In this document: piece by piece, positions 12,293-24,328 of the stretch
How positions within the stretch are numbered: position 1 is the stretch's first letter
Layout: every line of letters begins with the position of its first letter
NCBI GenBank assembly: GCA_001938485.1
Contig: MQRK01206634.1
Coordinates: 5,761-66,854 of the forward strand
Origin: Girardia tigrina
Taxonomy: Eukaryota
Direction of reading: 5' to 3'
DNA length: 61,094 nucleotides
Position numbers and translations under genes: made by a program
The notes under the pieces: model-generated
Database searches by the model: none
Seen by the model: the letters and a program-made list of their open reading frames with translations, nothing else
Told to the model about the DNA's origin: nothing

Positions 12293-13299
12293 CCATGTGT
12301 ATTAATCCTTTGATCATATAAATACTTTAAATTGGGTCACAAAAAAAAGCTGTATAAACCAGTGTCCGATGGATTTCTATAGACCTTTGTTATAAATTTA
12401 TCCTGTTGTTTTTCTATCAATACATCCAGAAAAGATATTTTATTATTATCTTCAATTTCACAAGGGAACTTAATATTTAGATGAATAGTATTTATGAAAT
12501 TTTAAAAAACCTTTGACATCTTCCTTATTCTGAAAAATAAGAAAAGTGTCATTAACATATTTAGTATAAAAAGATGGTAATACACCTGAATAGTTATTAA
12601 ACTTTTTCTCAAAGTTTTGCAAGAAAATTGAGGCCATTAATGGTGCAAATGGAGAACCCATGGCAACTCCATCAATCTAAGTTTACGAATCATCATTGAA
12701 TAAAAAAGGAACATTTTTCATACTAAATTCAAGCAACGCCTTACGGGCTGTAGTACTCATTGATTTTGATTTGTCTTCAGTCAACGCGTCCCAAAGGTTG
12801 ATAAAAATTTAGTCTACCAGTGTTCAAGATGGAAAAAAAACTATATTAACAATTAATAAAAGAAAAATTCAAAATTAAATTAAAATTCATTAAATTCAAG
12901 ATTCATAAAAAACATAAAAAATTCAAGCTTAAAGAATTTGTTTTACTATAAAAATTAAAAAATTAACAAAACGCAAAAATTCCAATTACGAAACCAATCT
13001 GTTTAGTGGTGGAATATGGTGGATCACTTTGATACTACATTGTTTATAAATAAACGTTTATCGAAAATTCTCGTTCTCATTAAATATCACAGACAAAAGA
13101 CTGTCAGTCTTTTGATGATCAAATAAATCGACTGTTACGTCGATTAAAATTACATCCGGGACGAATCCGATTGAACATCAAATTTTATCGTGTAATTGGT
13201 TGTATGATTTAGGTGCCGGTCATCCGGTCACTAACTAACGCGTCAAACTTGATCAAGTCAACAGTATTGCGAACGCTGTTACACATAAAAACCCGTCCC

Positions 13300-14080
13300 G
13301 ATATAACTTCATTTTCGAGAAGACTGTTAATAATTTTGGATCTGTGTACTTTAGTTGAATTCCTTAAGAGCAAGCTGTTGACAGAAAGAGTACTTATCAG
13401 ATTGTCATTATAAACGTCCACGGCAAGTGAGATAAGAAACTCCACAACTTCTGCAAGGTATTTTTGATAACATTTCAACAAGGGTGATGAGAGTAATGAA
13501 TTTTCCACTGCAATTCTCAATCTACATGTCGCACTGCTGCCTTTTGAAAGATTGATTCATGGTGACCTGTGACAGTCTTCACTTTTACAGTTGCATCTGC
13601 ACGGCAGCCATAAGTCAAGTAAACAGTGCAATTGAGAGCAAACTTGCAAGCTACATTCACAAACTTTTCAAATGCTCTACATTTCATATAATGTGTTTTA
13701 AGCTTCCTTTCAGCAGGTGCAAACATAAATACTTTCAAGCAGTCCCTTCTATTTTCTACTTACTATTTAAAATTCACTTTTCTGTGCTTGTACTATTCCA
13801 AAGTATTGTGAGAAGTGCTGATATTGGATTCGTCTGTTGCGAAGGATCCAATGTATGTATTTTTGGTTCAGTCTTCTGCTAGAACAGCGAAGTTTAAGTC
13901 TTCTGTTGTGGCAAAAGCATCAGGTTATGATCACGAAAAATAGAAAGGTAGTTTTAAAAATGGATTTAAAAAAATTGCACCCCCCCAGTCTATCACTTTT
14001 GCCTTGAACTGGGGAGCATTTTTGGTCAGTGAGGGGGCATTCTGCCCTCCCCCCTAGTCACTACGTTAAAAAAGGCCCCG
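13300..14080 (-). mobile_element. hAT-like transposon, left end plus decayed N-terminal coding region
   Basis: Terminus CGGGGCCTTTTTTAACG with GC-rich subterminal repeats; HHESIFQKAA..LISLAVDVYND..TLS resembles KIAA1586-like hAT transposases. Confidence 0.5.
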
Positions 14081-14170
14081 GGGAAGGTTTGTGTCATGGT
14101 TGGGTTCGGGTTTGACTCATCAAAATTCGGATCGGGTTGGTGGACTTTTAAGGATGAACGCCCATCTCTA
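14081..14170. mobile_element. hAT/MITE terminal fragment
   Basis: Ends GCCCATCTCTA (TAGAGATGGGC-type TIR) with TCGGGT-like subterminal repeats. Confidence 0.5.
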
Positions 14171-15446
14171 ATATTCATAGATAAATATACAGACTTATAC
14201 ACATTTTTAAAAATAATGTTATTATTTCATCCATCGTTTGTTGTTACACAGCTATAAAAACAAAAAAATTAACTTCTCATAAAATCCTTGTACAAATTAA
14301 ATAAATTATTTGTAAATGTTATCATTTTATACAAGTTACTAAAAATTATATTACATTAATATCGTAACATAATATCAGGAAAGTTTAAAAATTTAAACAT
14401 ATATTTAATTAATAAACTAATATTATTAATTGTAAGATAGCTATTTTTAAAATTATTTATCTAATTAATTGAATTAGCTTTAATATTAAAAATGATCATT
14501 TAATTACTTTAGACTTAAAGTATTAATTAATGTTTTTTATTATTTAGTCGACTAAAACGAGTTCAAAGAAATTATAATGTTGCCGTTTTTTGCTGAATTG
14601 AAATAAAATATTTTTTTATTTTCTTAATCATTTAAATTATTAATTTTTTATATTAAGAAAAGTGTTTTTCTTATAATAACAATGAAAAATATAAAATAAA
14701 AATACTTTACTTTGCAGAATTAACAGAATTCATTTTCTATAATTTCTTGATGTCCAATAAAAGCAAGATTTAAAAAAAATTGAAAAGTTTTCTTAAAAAT
14801 ATTGTGAATATTTTTTCAATATAAACATCAATATGCATTTCTTTTTGCCCCATCCAAAGGTTACCCCGAAGATTGGACGGTGGCCGTAGAGATGTGCAGT
14901 AGGAGCTTAGACTCGTTTTACTAAGCTCATTTTAATTTAAAATTATTTGAACAGAGCCTTTTGTTTTTAAAATCAGAATCAAAACAATAATAAAAAATCA
15001 AATATTTGAGTAATTAAATTTATTTTAAGCAAATAATAGTTTCCCACAAAATTAGAGAGTGAAACAACTGACTCAACAAAACTACAGAAAATAAATTCAA
15101 ATCGTGAAATTAAAAATTCAAAGGGTGAAGTTATAAATTCTGAAGTTGTCTTAAACACTTTGAAAGTGCAATCATAAAATCAAAAAAGTAATTTTAAATT
15201 TCACTTCTTCATTACAATACTGGCTCAGATTGGCTAGGCAATCAGGAAAGACAACCGAGGAGTTATCGGCAACAATAATAATAACCTGAACAATGAAGTC
15301 CTTGTTCGGGTTTTTGAACAAAATTCTTCATCAAATTTCAATTTGATTATTATTATTTTATAATATTTATTTTAAATTTTCATTTAGCATTTTTTTAATC
15401 ATTTATTTTATTTTCCATTTTAATTATTTAATTTAAATTTCGGTTT

Positions 15447-16450
15447 TGGTGTTAGAGCGGGCGCAGCGTGGTGGCGGCGTCCCAAGGTTGGGAAATCAGT
15501 GCTTCTGGGACAAGGGGGAACGGAAAAACCAATCTTACCGGCATTCGCTTGCCGCTCACCAATCTCGATTTCATTCTTTTTGTTCTGAAGTCTCTCTTCG
15601 TCATCATCAGATGCATAATCATCGGCTCTCACAACAACAGTCGCCGTTCAACGGACCTCATTAATCTCCTTCACCATCACAACTTTATCTGACTTCACAC
15701 CGACCATCACTCGCACAAATCAACCTCTTCTCGGTCCAACAAAACCCAACATCGCACCCGTCAACTCATTCAAAAATCGACAATCGGCGGTAACGGACGC
15801 GCACTCGTCCTTATCATAAACCTTATCAATATAGACAGATTAACCTCGAAATTCCCCATTTCGATACAATATATCGACTATCGTCACACATGAATCCCGA
15901 ACGATTCAATTTCGTTTAATTTCAATCTCCGATCGATCTTTTCTGACTGTTTCTATTATTTTCTTCTTACTATTTTTCTCGTTTGATGATCTCACGCAAT
16001 CAGTTTCTAGTCGTTTTTCGCTTGATCGTCAGTCGTAACATCGATTTGTCTTCGGAAATGAATTCGATTTGAGTGTTTTTATTGACGTGTCGTCCTTTGA
16101 AGATCTTCACGATCGATTTTCTTGGTAATTTCGACCAATCGGATCGATTGCAGCTTGAAATTTGATTTGGCGGTATACGCTTCGCGTTCGAATTTGATTT
16201 TTTTGGAAATTCAAAACACAACAATTTAATGTTTTTTATTTAACAACTCCAATAAACTTTATTTCCAAAACAATGGCCGCAATTTTACAATTTGAATTTA
16301 AAAACATGATGCGCAAAATTTCTCAAATTGATCGTTTTAAACAATCGGTTTCCAAAAAAACAAGTTACTAAAAATAACTGGCCAATCAAAGCGGCCGAAA
16401 ACTCGAAAAGAAAATTTTCTCAAAATTACAATTACCACATCAACGTAGTT
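15447..16450. mobile_element. Solo-LTR-like insertion B carrying a GPKOW fragment (right boundary unresolved, about 16346 or 16447)
   Basis: Starts TGGTGTTAGAGCGGGCGCAGCGTGG, similar to the ends at 10861 and 26128. Left flank GGTTT recurs at 16347 (exact) and near 16447 (one mismatch), but neither is preceded by a clean CA. Confidence 0.65.
15539..16224 (-). pseudogene. GPKOW: G-patch/KOW splicing factor (GPKOW/MOS2/Spp2 family), C-terminal KOW region pseudogene
   Basis: First KOW LPRKSIVKIFKGRHVNKNTQIEFISED; frameshift; then *IVRDSCVTIVDILYRNGEFRG*SVYIDKVYDKDECASVTADCRFLNELTGAML..PRRG*FVRVMVG..INEVR*TATVVV, matching the GPKOW C-terminus. Four stops; G-patch absent. Confidence 0.8.
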
Positions 16451-16849
16451 TTTTTCAGTTTTGATTGATTTTTTTTGCCTTTTTAGCAACATTTTTTTAT
16501 TCTTTCTTTTTTTTATTATTTAATTTTGTGCCATTTTGGCATCTTTTTCTCTTTTTTATATTTAATCAAATTATATTATAAAACAAGCCAGAGAATAAAA
16601 TCACAACTGTAAAGGTTAATTGATCAAAGGCTTCTTTTCATCCAGGTGATCGATATCATCCTTAATTGATTTGCTGATGTTGGTTGTGGGAGTAGAGTCA
16701 TCGAAGTAACAAATTAGAATAAAATTCAGATTTTTAACGCAATCATCGATGATCAATCTTCCATCTGGGTTCGAGAAACACAATCATAAAACAACATACC
16801 AAACACAACATACAATAAACACCAATCGAAAATATTCCTCACAATTTCT

Positions 16850-16970
16850 AAATTACCCGTGTGGTTTCTTGATTAAATCATACGGCTCTTCAAACCTATG
16901 AGGTCCTTTTGGTCTATTTTCTACTTTTACCAAAACAAAATCACATTCTTTAAATTTTCCAACATTTATT
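16850..16970 (-). mobile_element. Ty3/gypsy integrase C-terminal (GPY/F) fragment
   Basis: KFKECDFVLVKVENRPKGPHRFEEPYDLIKK. Confidence 0.65.
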
Positions 16971-19475
16971 TATAAGCACTGGAACATAATATTAAGACTT
17001 ATGTAAATTGAAGCGTCAATGAAACTAAGCAAGCGGAGTTTTCATTTAAACTTAGATAAAAAAATAAAATTGACATTTTTTTCAAAATAAAAAATTAAGA
17101 GTATGAAATTAATTTTCTTAAAATTATTAGTTAAATAAAATTAGTTTGTTATTCAAATAAAACTTATTTTTATTAAAATATACGAAATAAATAAATATTT
17201 TTGTCTTCAAAGCAATTATTTATTGTTTTAATTTATTCACGTATTGCAGATGCATTATATCAAAACTTGTACCAAACTGTGTATCTCATTAATATCTGTT
17301 TCTTATTGTTTCAATCATTTATTAAATATTATATTTTACTGAAAATAATAATCTATTTTACATCAGGAAATTGAGTAATTATATAAAAGATGAAGAAAAC
17401 TTTCTTTAATGAGAATTCTGAGATTAAATTTTAATAGTAGAGAACAAATTAATTGTTTTTATACTTTTTAAAATTAATTAAATAAGAATTTATAGTTAAA
17501 ATATATTAAATATATTTTTCAGTAGTCATTTGATGTAACGCTTATAACGCTTGTGGAAAATTACTTTTTCCTAATAATTTATTTTTTTTAATTTTTATTA
17601 ATTTTTTTAAAAAATATATTAAATACTGGTTTTCAATTATAAATTAAAATTAAAAATGTGTCCCAAAAATAATTCTGATCATGTAAAACATTTAAATATT
17701 CACCGATTCGATTGCAATTAGACAACAGCATAACATTTTTTTATAAAGATTAATCTTCAATAACGAGGCAAAATTCTATCACTCGAAGTAGGATAACGAA
17801 TAGGACTGTCTCAACTGAAGTGACAGCAACCATAAATTAATGTCACGCAATGTATACCATTCGAGCTACGTTTAATATGACTTTCCAGAAGAGGGTTTAA
17901 AAGTTATATTATAATAAAAGTGAACTTTGTATCAAATAATTTATGCCCTAAATTCACTTTAAGTATTGTTAGAAATTTTGAGAGCTCACATACATTTTTA
18001 AATTTTAAAACTTTTTTCAAAATCTTTAAAAATATTTCATAAAAATAAAATATAGCAGAAGAAATTTTAAAGTAAAAAATAATTTTTAAATTTTTCATCG
18101 ATTTCATGTTCAGAATTTATTTTTACATGAGTAATAACTTCTAAAAATTGTTTCTAAAATTTAAAGGGTAAAAAACTGATGCATAAATACACAGATTGCG
18201 ATCTGGGCATTTTTCGAGAAAAGAAGGTTACGAAATGAGTAAAAGCAAGGATCGAAAGTTTATGGAAAGATCGAAAGCAGTAATAATTTAGTGACTGAGT
18301 GAACAAAATGTTTATGTTACTGCTAGAAACTAACATATTACAAATTTAAAGATGTAACAATTTAATTAAATATAAAAAAACTTTTTAAAACACTCAGATT
18401 AATTTTGATGAGTTTGCTGTAAAACACATATAATTATTATACATCGACTCCTTCAGATTTTGAGTTTATTTTTCTTACTGATTATCGATTTTATTAAAGC
18501 TTTTCTGTTTCCAAAATCATTTTTTGATTAATTAATCCATTAATCGGAGAATGTTTTGATAAATTATAAAAATGTAATTAAGAATGAAAAGGTTTGTGAA
18601 ATTTCAGCTCTATCTGATAATGAAAAGTGGGGTAAATGATGGCTTAAAGATTTTTACCGCACAGATAAAGTGAGTAAATAAATATAAAGCATGGTGAAAA
18701 GAAATTAATTTATTTTGTTATGGTTTACGATGTTCTCTAGAACCGAATATTTGACAAAATGATATTTTTATGTATTGAATTTCATTAGTCCTTTCTCAAT
18801 AGTTCAACAATTTTCTTGACGACAAGAGTCGAGATCACAGTATATAATTTTTAGGTTACTTAAGATTTGAATTTTGAAAGTCATGAAACGTGAAATTTGT
18901 ATTTCTTTACGGAATAAATGGCGTGCGAGCAGCATCATGGAGTGCTTTGATATACATGAATCAACATTTAATACTTTAAATTTTATATCTGAAAATCGAT
19001 TTTCATTTGTAAATTCTAGTTTTCACATTTACAAATCGCTTCCATTTTTGAAGGAAGCTACTTACCTGTATAATTGTCTCTGTAAAACCTCATCTAATTA
19101 CTAATAGTCAGAATTTTATTGCGCATTTGATGGTACAGACTTAAAAGGTGAACAAGTATTTCCAATGACAAAATTATTTTATTTTATTTAATTTGAATAT
19201 TAATTAATGGGGCTTAGTGTGTTATTAAAAATTATTCACAAAACTGCTTCTCATAATAAAAATCACAGCCTGCTATAAAACAGAAAACTCATCCTTTGAA
19301 ATAGAAGAGATTCTAATTTAAGAATATAACAAATTTCTAAATTCTTAAAATTTGACTACCGTTAATTTTGATTTTATCAAATTAGCGTTCACAAAACTCA
19401 ATAATATATTTATCTGTATACACTTAACGTATTCTGTTTCGAAGAAACTTCAGTATGACTTTCAATGTTCAAATA

Positions 19476-19945
19476 CGAGGGGCGTTCCGAAAGTAAGTGG
19501 AAATACTTATATGCGGGTGTGTGCATCTTACAGAGGGACAGATGGCGTGGTGGCGTGATGTACTTACCAGCCAATAGAAATCGAGCAAAAGTGGCATGGT
19601 CCATGCAACATGTGAGCAGCATAGAGGAAACTGTCATAGGCAGTGTTTTCATTTTTGTTTAACACATGGAAGACGCAGTACGTTCTCAGCGTGCCATCAT
19701 CTTTTTCCTTTGGAAAGAGGATACTCCAGTGTCTGACACTGTGCGCCGCTTATCAAATGTGTTTCAAGGAAGAGCCCTGCAAAAGTCTGCCGTCTACAAT
19801 TGAGTGCATCAATTCGAAAATGGACGTGAATCCTTGGACGACGAGGACATGAGTGGACGTCCAGCAACGACGAGCACGGTAGAAAATGTGGAAAAAGTGT
19901 CGGAGACCATCAATTTTTTTCCACTTACTTTCGGAACGCCCCTCA
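19476..19945 (+). mobile_element. Internally deleted mariner element
   Basis: TA-flanked TIRs CGAGGGGCGTTCCGAAAGTAAGTGGAAA; N-terminal HTH SQRAIIFFLWKE..AVYN*VHQFENGRESLDDEDMSGRP. Confidence 0.92.
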
Positions 19946-21394
19946 TAGAATACAAATAAAAATATATCATTTTTTTCTTCGTTTGAGTCAACGTATTTTT
20001 GATCAACTTCAAAGACATTATAAAAATGATTACATCAAAATTAACAGTAGTTAAATTACATTGTTCAAATAATAAAAATTTATTTCATGATTAATTTACA
20101 TAAAATATATCTTATAGTAAAAATAAAAATATAAAATATTCATAAAACCATAAATAATTTTCAAAAATTTTCAAAAATGAAGACCAATATAATAATTTTA
20201 TTTTGGTTTTAATTATTAATTATCTCTTTTTCTTTCAAAAAAATTAAAAATTTATAAACCACCAAGATCCAACAATATCTAACTATTATTAGAGACATTT
20301 CTCCGTTGTTTTGTTTGATTTGAAACAAAAATTTTTTATATCACACAATAAATATATTTTTATCTATTATAGAGTTGTTATTAATTATGAATCTATATAA
20401 TAATTACTATTATAAATTCGGTTTTTAAGAGTTATAAATTCATTAACAAAAAATGATAAATTGTATAAAAACTGTTAAATTGTATAAAGCTAATTATAGG
20501 GGGTAAAGAAAACAATCCATCAATTTATATCGCTATACAATACAAGGAAAGCCGCTTATAGTGGCCACATTCGTCCAGCCACTATAAGTTCTGTGTTCAA
20601 ATTTTGCAAATTACTGAGAGTTGCATATGAAGCTTTATTAATCAGGACCCACAATCATAAAATAAATATTCAAGCAACAATCTCAACTAAATTATTAAAA
20701 GTATTTAATTAGAAATGCGATTACATAATTTGATTACATAATCCGTGTTTCTATATATCCGTTGTTTTGATCATTATTTGTTTTGTCTGATGGTGACGGG
20801 TGATCCGTCGAAATTAATCACGTTTTTGAAAAATAAAAATTTTTAATGGTGTTTAAATTTTAATTAAACATTTAAATTTTAAAAGTTAAAAAACATAAAT
20901 ACAGAAATTTATTAAATAAACTGATCTTAATGAGTTTTAAATTCAGTCAACCTCTTCAATTTTTAATTATTACCCTAAATTAACAAAAGAAATAAAAAAT
21001 CTAATAATTGAAAGGTAGATTTTCAAAAATTAATTAATATTAAAAGTAATTAAACTTTAATAAAAATAATTAATCTAAGTATATAACATTTTTTTTATTA
21101 AGTAAAAAATAAATAGGCTAATAAATTACAACAAAATTTTAATAATAAATTTATTTTAAAGTATCAAACTTGTTTTAAATAATATTTTTTTCAACTTTTT
21201 TTTGTGTTTCTGAATTGCATAAAGTCAGTTTTTATTCATCTACAAGAAGCCTTACTAAAAAAATGAAATCTCAAAAATTTATCGTTATTTTTGCTTAAAG
21301 TTAATAAAAATTGTCAAATCTTTAATTAATCTTAGAAATATATTTAAAGGTAACACAATTCCATGGTTTTACTGTACTCAGATCTTTTTAGCGA

Positions 21395-24328
21395 CAAGGG
21401 CGGATCCATGGGGGGGGGTAATGTGGGTGATTACCAAAAAAGTACCTATTTGATAATTTGTCTGTCGGAGATTTTTTACGAATAGTGCACAAAATTTTTT
21501 GTTTGATATTTGCGCTGAAAAATCTGCTGTTTTTTACCTCTCTTGCTCGAGGGAAGTATTGTATTTGAAAAATTTTCAACTTTCTAAATTTCAAAAATTT
21601 TCACCTTTTAAGGTCTGCACAATTTAAAACACTCGTTTTTAAAAAATGTCGTATTGTCTTTCTGTTTGTTGGTCAATTATCTCAAAAATTATTTTTCATA
21701 GAACAATAAAATTTGGCATGCAGCATAAGAATATATCACATTACCAAAATGTTTGGAAGAAATATACAGGGTACAAACATTATGGCCAAAATCCGGTAGA
21801 TTTGGCAGAATACAGGGAAAGTCTAAACGAAAAAGGGATTCTCGACAATGATAAAGAATTTAAAAACCTGATCTAAGGAACCATATTTGAGCGACTGAAA
21901 GAGGTAGTAGAGCACGAGAAAGAATATCCGAAAATGCTTCAGCCGCGAATCAAAATATAAGACTGCACATTCCCTTCTTTAAAAAATTTGATGAGCAGAA
22001 GGAGCTCACAAGACACATTAAGAATTTGCATATGGCCACGGCGCTGACGGCACAGAGAGATAGTGGTTTATTCATATGCCCCATGGGGAACTGCAACAAA
22101 ACTTATAAAATTAATGGATGGTTACAACGACATTTATTAATTTATCCTCGAATCCAATGTAATGGATACTACGAACATCCAAATAGTACAAAGAGAAGAA
22201 ACAGAAAGACGTACTGAACCTTTGAACTTTAACGCGGAATTTTATATGCCAGTGGCTGTCGGTGAAACTGATCAAGACTGTCCAAGAGTAATCCCTAGTG
22301 TGGTGCTTAATTTTAGGCTGGATAATATAACAGAAAAAGGGATGTTTCATCGCCCATTTCCCCGTTGCACTAAATGCGTTTATACTGACAGAAGTATCCA
22401 GAATCACGGAACGAAGGAACATAACTGGTCATTTCTCTCTTGGAAGCAAAGCGTGTCCGTGCATTGAGAGCTCGCACTCTTGCATCTGAAGCCGTGTGAG
22501 ATGATCAGAAAACGTTGTATTTGTCAAATGGTTTTTACCCGATACAGAGTCTATGATTCACTACCCTGTGCGCAAATGCTGAGTATTATTTATAACATTA
22601 TTATTTATAACAACAGTATTATTTATAACACACAGTTATCCGTTACAGTCAGGGGAGGTTTATTGCCAAAATGTAGTTTTTTGAAATGGAACTACTATAA
22701 TTTATTTTATTTTTAGAAAGTACTCAATAAATGCAGTTTAGAAATTACCTATTTTTATACAGGGTGATCCAAAAATATAGGGATGGCAAAACATTTTGAA
22801 AACTAGAGTTCATATAGTTCAATTTTATACAAAAGTTGTAGGAAATTAAATGTTATTTTACACGAAGGTATATTTCCTTACACACGGTGTACCAAAAAAC
22901 AACATTTTTTGAATTAGAATGCCCTACATATTGTTGTCTTTTTCAAAAATATACTTAGTTCTAAGAACTTTTTCCTCTATAGACGATAAGTATATATTCG
23001 ATTGCTGTCAAACTACAGACAGCTAAATATCATAAAGTATAATTTATTAATAAATAAAGTAATGTAAGAGTTTTGATTAGCCACTGTGCAGAACATTAAT
23101 GATAGAGCAAACGTTTTTATTTTCCTGCCTTAGTTTTTAAAGGTTATTTCACTATAAAACTGAAACTCAAAGCGAGGTAATTACCGAGGCGACAGAGAGA
23201 ACGGATATAAATCGTGGTGGACAAAGATTCGCTATTCTATTGGGTTGTGAAAAAGATTCACCATTAACAAACTTGGAATCTGTTCAAAGATCAACACCAA
23301 TACCGAGTAGGTTTTGGTTTATAAAACTCACTTTCACTCAATCTCCTCCCAGTTCCATCGTTTGTATGCAAAACTAAAATTCACAAAGTGGAACAAACGA
23401 TGGCTAGAATATCTGCAGTTGCGATTGCAGACACAAGGATAGTGTTGATGTCATGTAACGTGAAAACATTACAAACAAAGAATGACGATTCCTTCACTGT
23501 GCATGAAAAAACAGTCTCTCAACTAATTACAAACCCAGAAAACCCCACAATGAAACACTCTACCGAGCGAGCGGCAAAGGTACAGAGACACCGATATATG
23601 TCTTGTGTATCTGTAAAATAAATAGTCCGATGATTATGGCCCGACATAATGCGGTGATGCAGATTTTCGAGGAAGCAATATCATCAGAAAAATCAATCTT
23701 ACAAATAATTAAAGACCGTAAGTGCACGTGGTCTGACTCGAAAAGCAGAGTTGAAGTAAAAAATACAATAAGGGTACAAAAGAACTCAGACTGATCAATG
23801 TTAAAATACCGTAATATACGCTTAAAACTCTAAAGAAAGCAAGAAAGGACAATGAGACTAAATAAAAAAATTGAAAGAGGAGGCCAAAAAGCAGAACAAA
23901 GAATGGAAGGTTCGACTGGGCACCATTGTAGTGGGTTGTTTGGGTTTCTGGCTGAGTGAAAACGAAACAATACTCAAAACAAGTTCTCTGAGATGGCAAC
24001 AAAAAATCTGAGATGCATGGATATTGTCTCTAAAGTCAACTATTGTACTTTGATACGGAACAAACACTATACCGGTCTTTGGAACCCCCTCGCGTTAAAT
24101 GCAAGGACTGTTGCTCCTGCAACGGTTGCAACAGATGCGCCACCAGAAGAGTAGACAGGGAAAGGGCGAGTAATGCACTCCGATAAGCAACTCTAGCTCG
24201 GAGTGTTCACCTGTTATTCGAGGATAACGCTAAGTATTCCGAACAGGAATGTGGCTTTTTATATAATTTTAGTAATTTTGTTTATAAAAAATTACTTCAA
24301 CCATGCTTGTCCTCTGGATCCGCCCTTG
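21395..24328. mobile_element. Non-autonomous TIR DNA transposon (hAT/P-like) expanded by nested insertions
   Basis: Perfect 14-bp inverted repeats CAAGGGCGGATCCA / TGGATCCGCCCTTG; flanks TTAGCGA and TTACCGC may be a degenerate TSD. Confidence 0.65.
21790..24265 (+). mobile_element. Decayed R2/NeSL-like (RLE) non-LTR retrotransposon with most of the RT deleted and an unrelated insert at about 22570-23150
   Basis: N-terminal C2H2 finger FICPMGNCNKTYKINGWLQRHL; degenerate C-terminal CCHC knuckle (RASGKGTETPIYVLCIC) followed by ARHNAV, LINVKIP, DNETK, VGCLGFW; structured 3' UTR. Confidence 0.8.

Larger units (their letters stand above)
10290..12820 (-). mobile_element. Penelope-like retroelement relic (RT plus remnant of GIY-YIG C-terminus), split by the 10861-12292 insertion
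   Basis: DGVAMGSPFAPLMASIFL..YTKYVNDTF..ISFLDVLI..TKVYRNPSDTGLY..IKGLIH at 12293-12820 continues as MVWSLTSSYEYFDEEL..NGY..LKFPY at 10570-10860 once the insert is removed. Confidence 0.9.

Noticed and set aside
15447-15538. GC block as a tRNA, SINE head or primer-binding site (TGGTGTTAGAGC; minus strand ends CCA)
   Set aside because: No cloverleaf or B box, homologous blocks start TGATG, and TSDs in A and C place it at the element terminus rather than after an LTR.
15539-15930. TGA at a conserved Trp position of GPKOW, suggesting a variant genetic code
   Set aside because: The same fragment has TAA and a frameshift, other TGAs fall at non-Trp positions, and the 5-kb ORF uses TGG for Trp and ends in TGA. 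Ordinary pseudogene decay.
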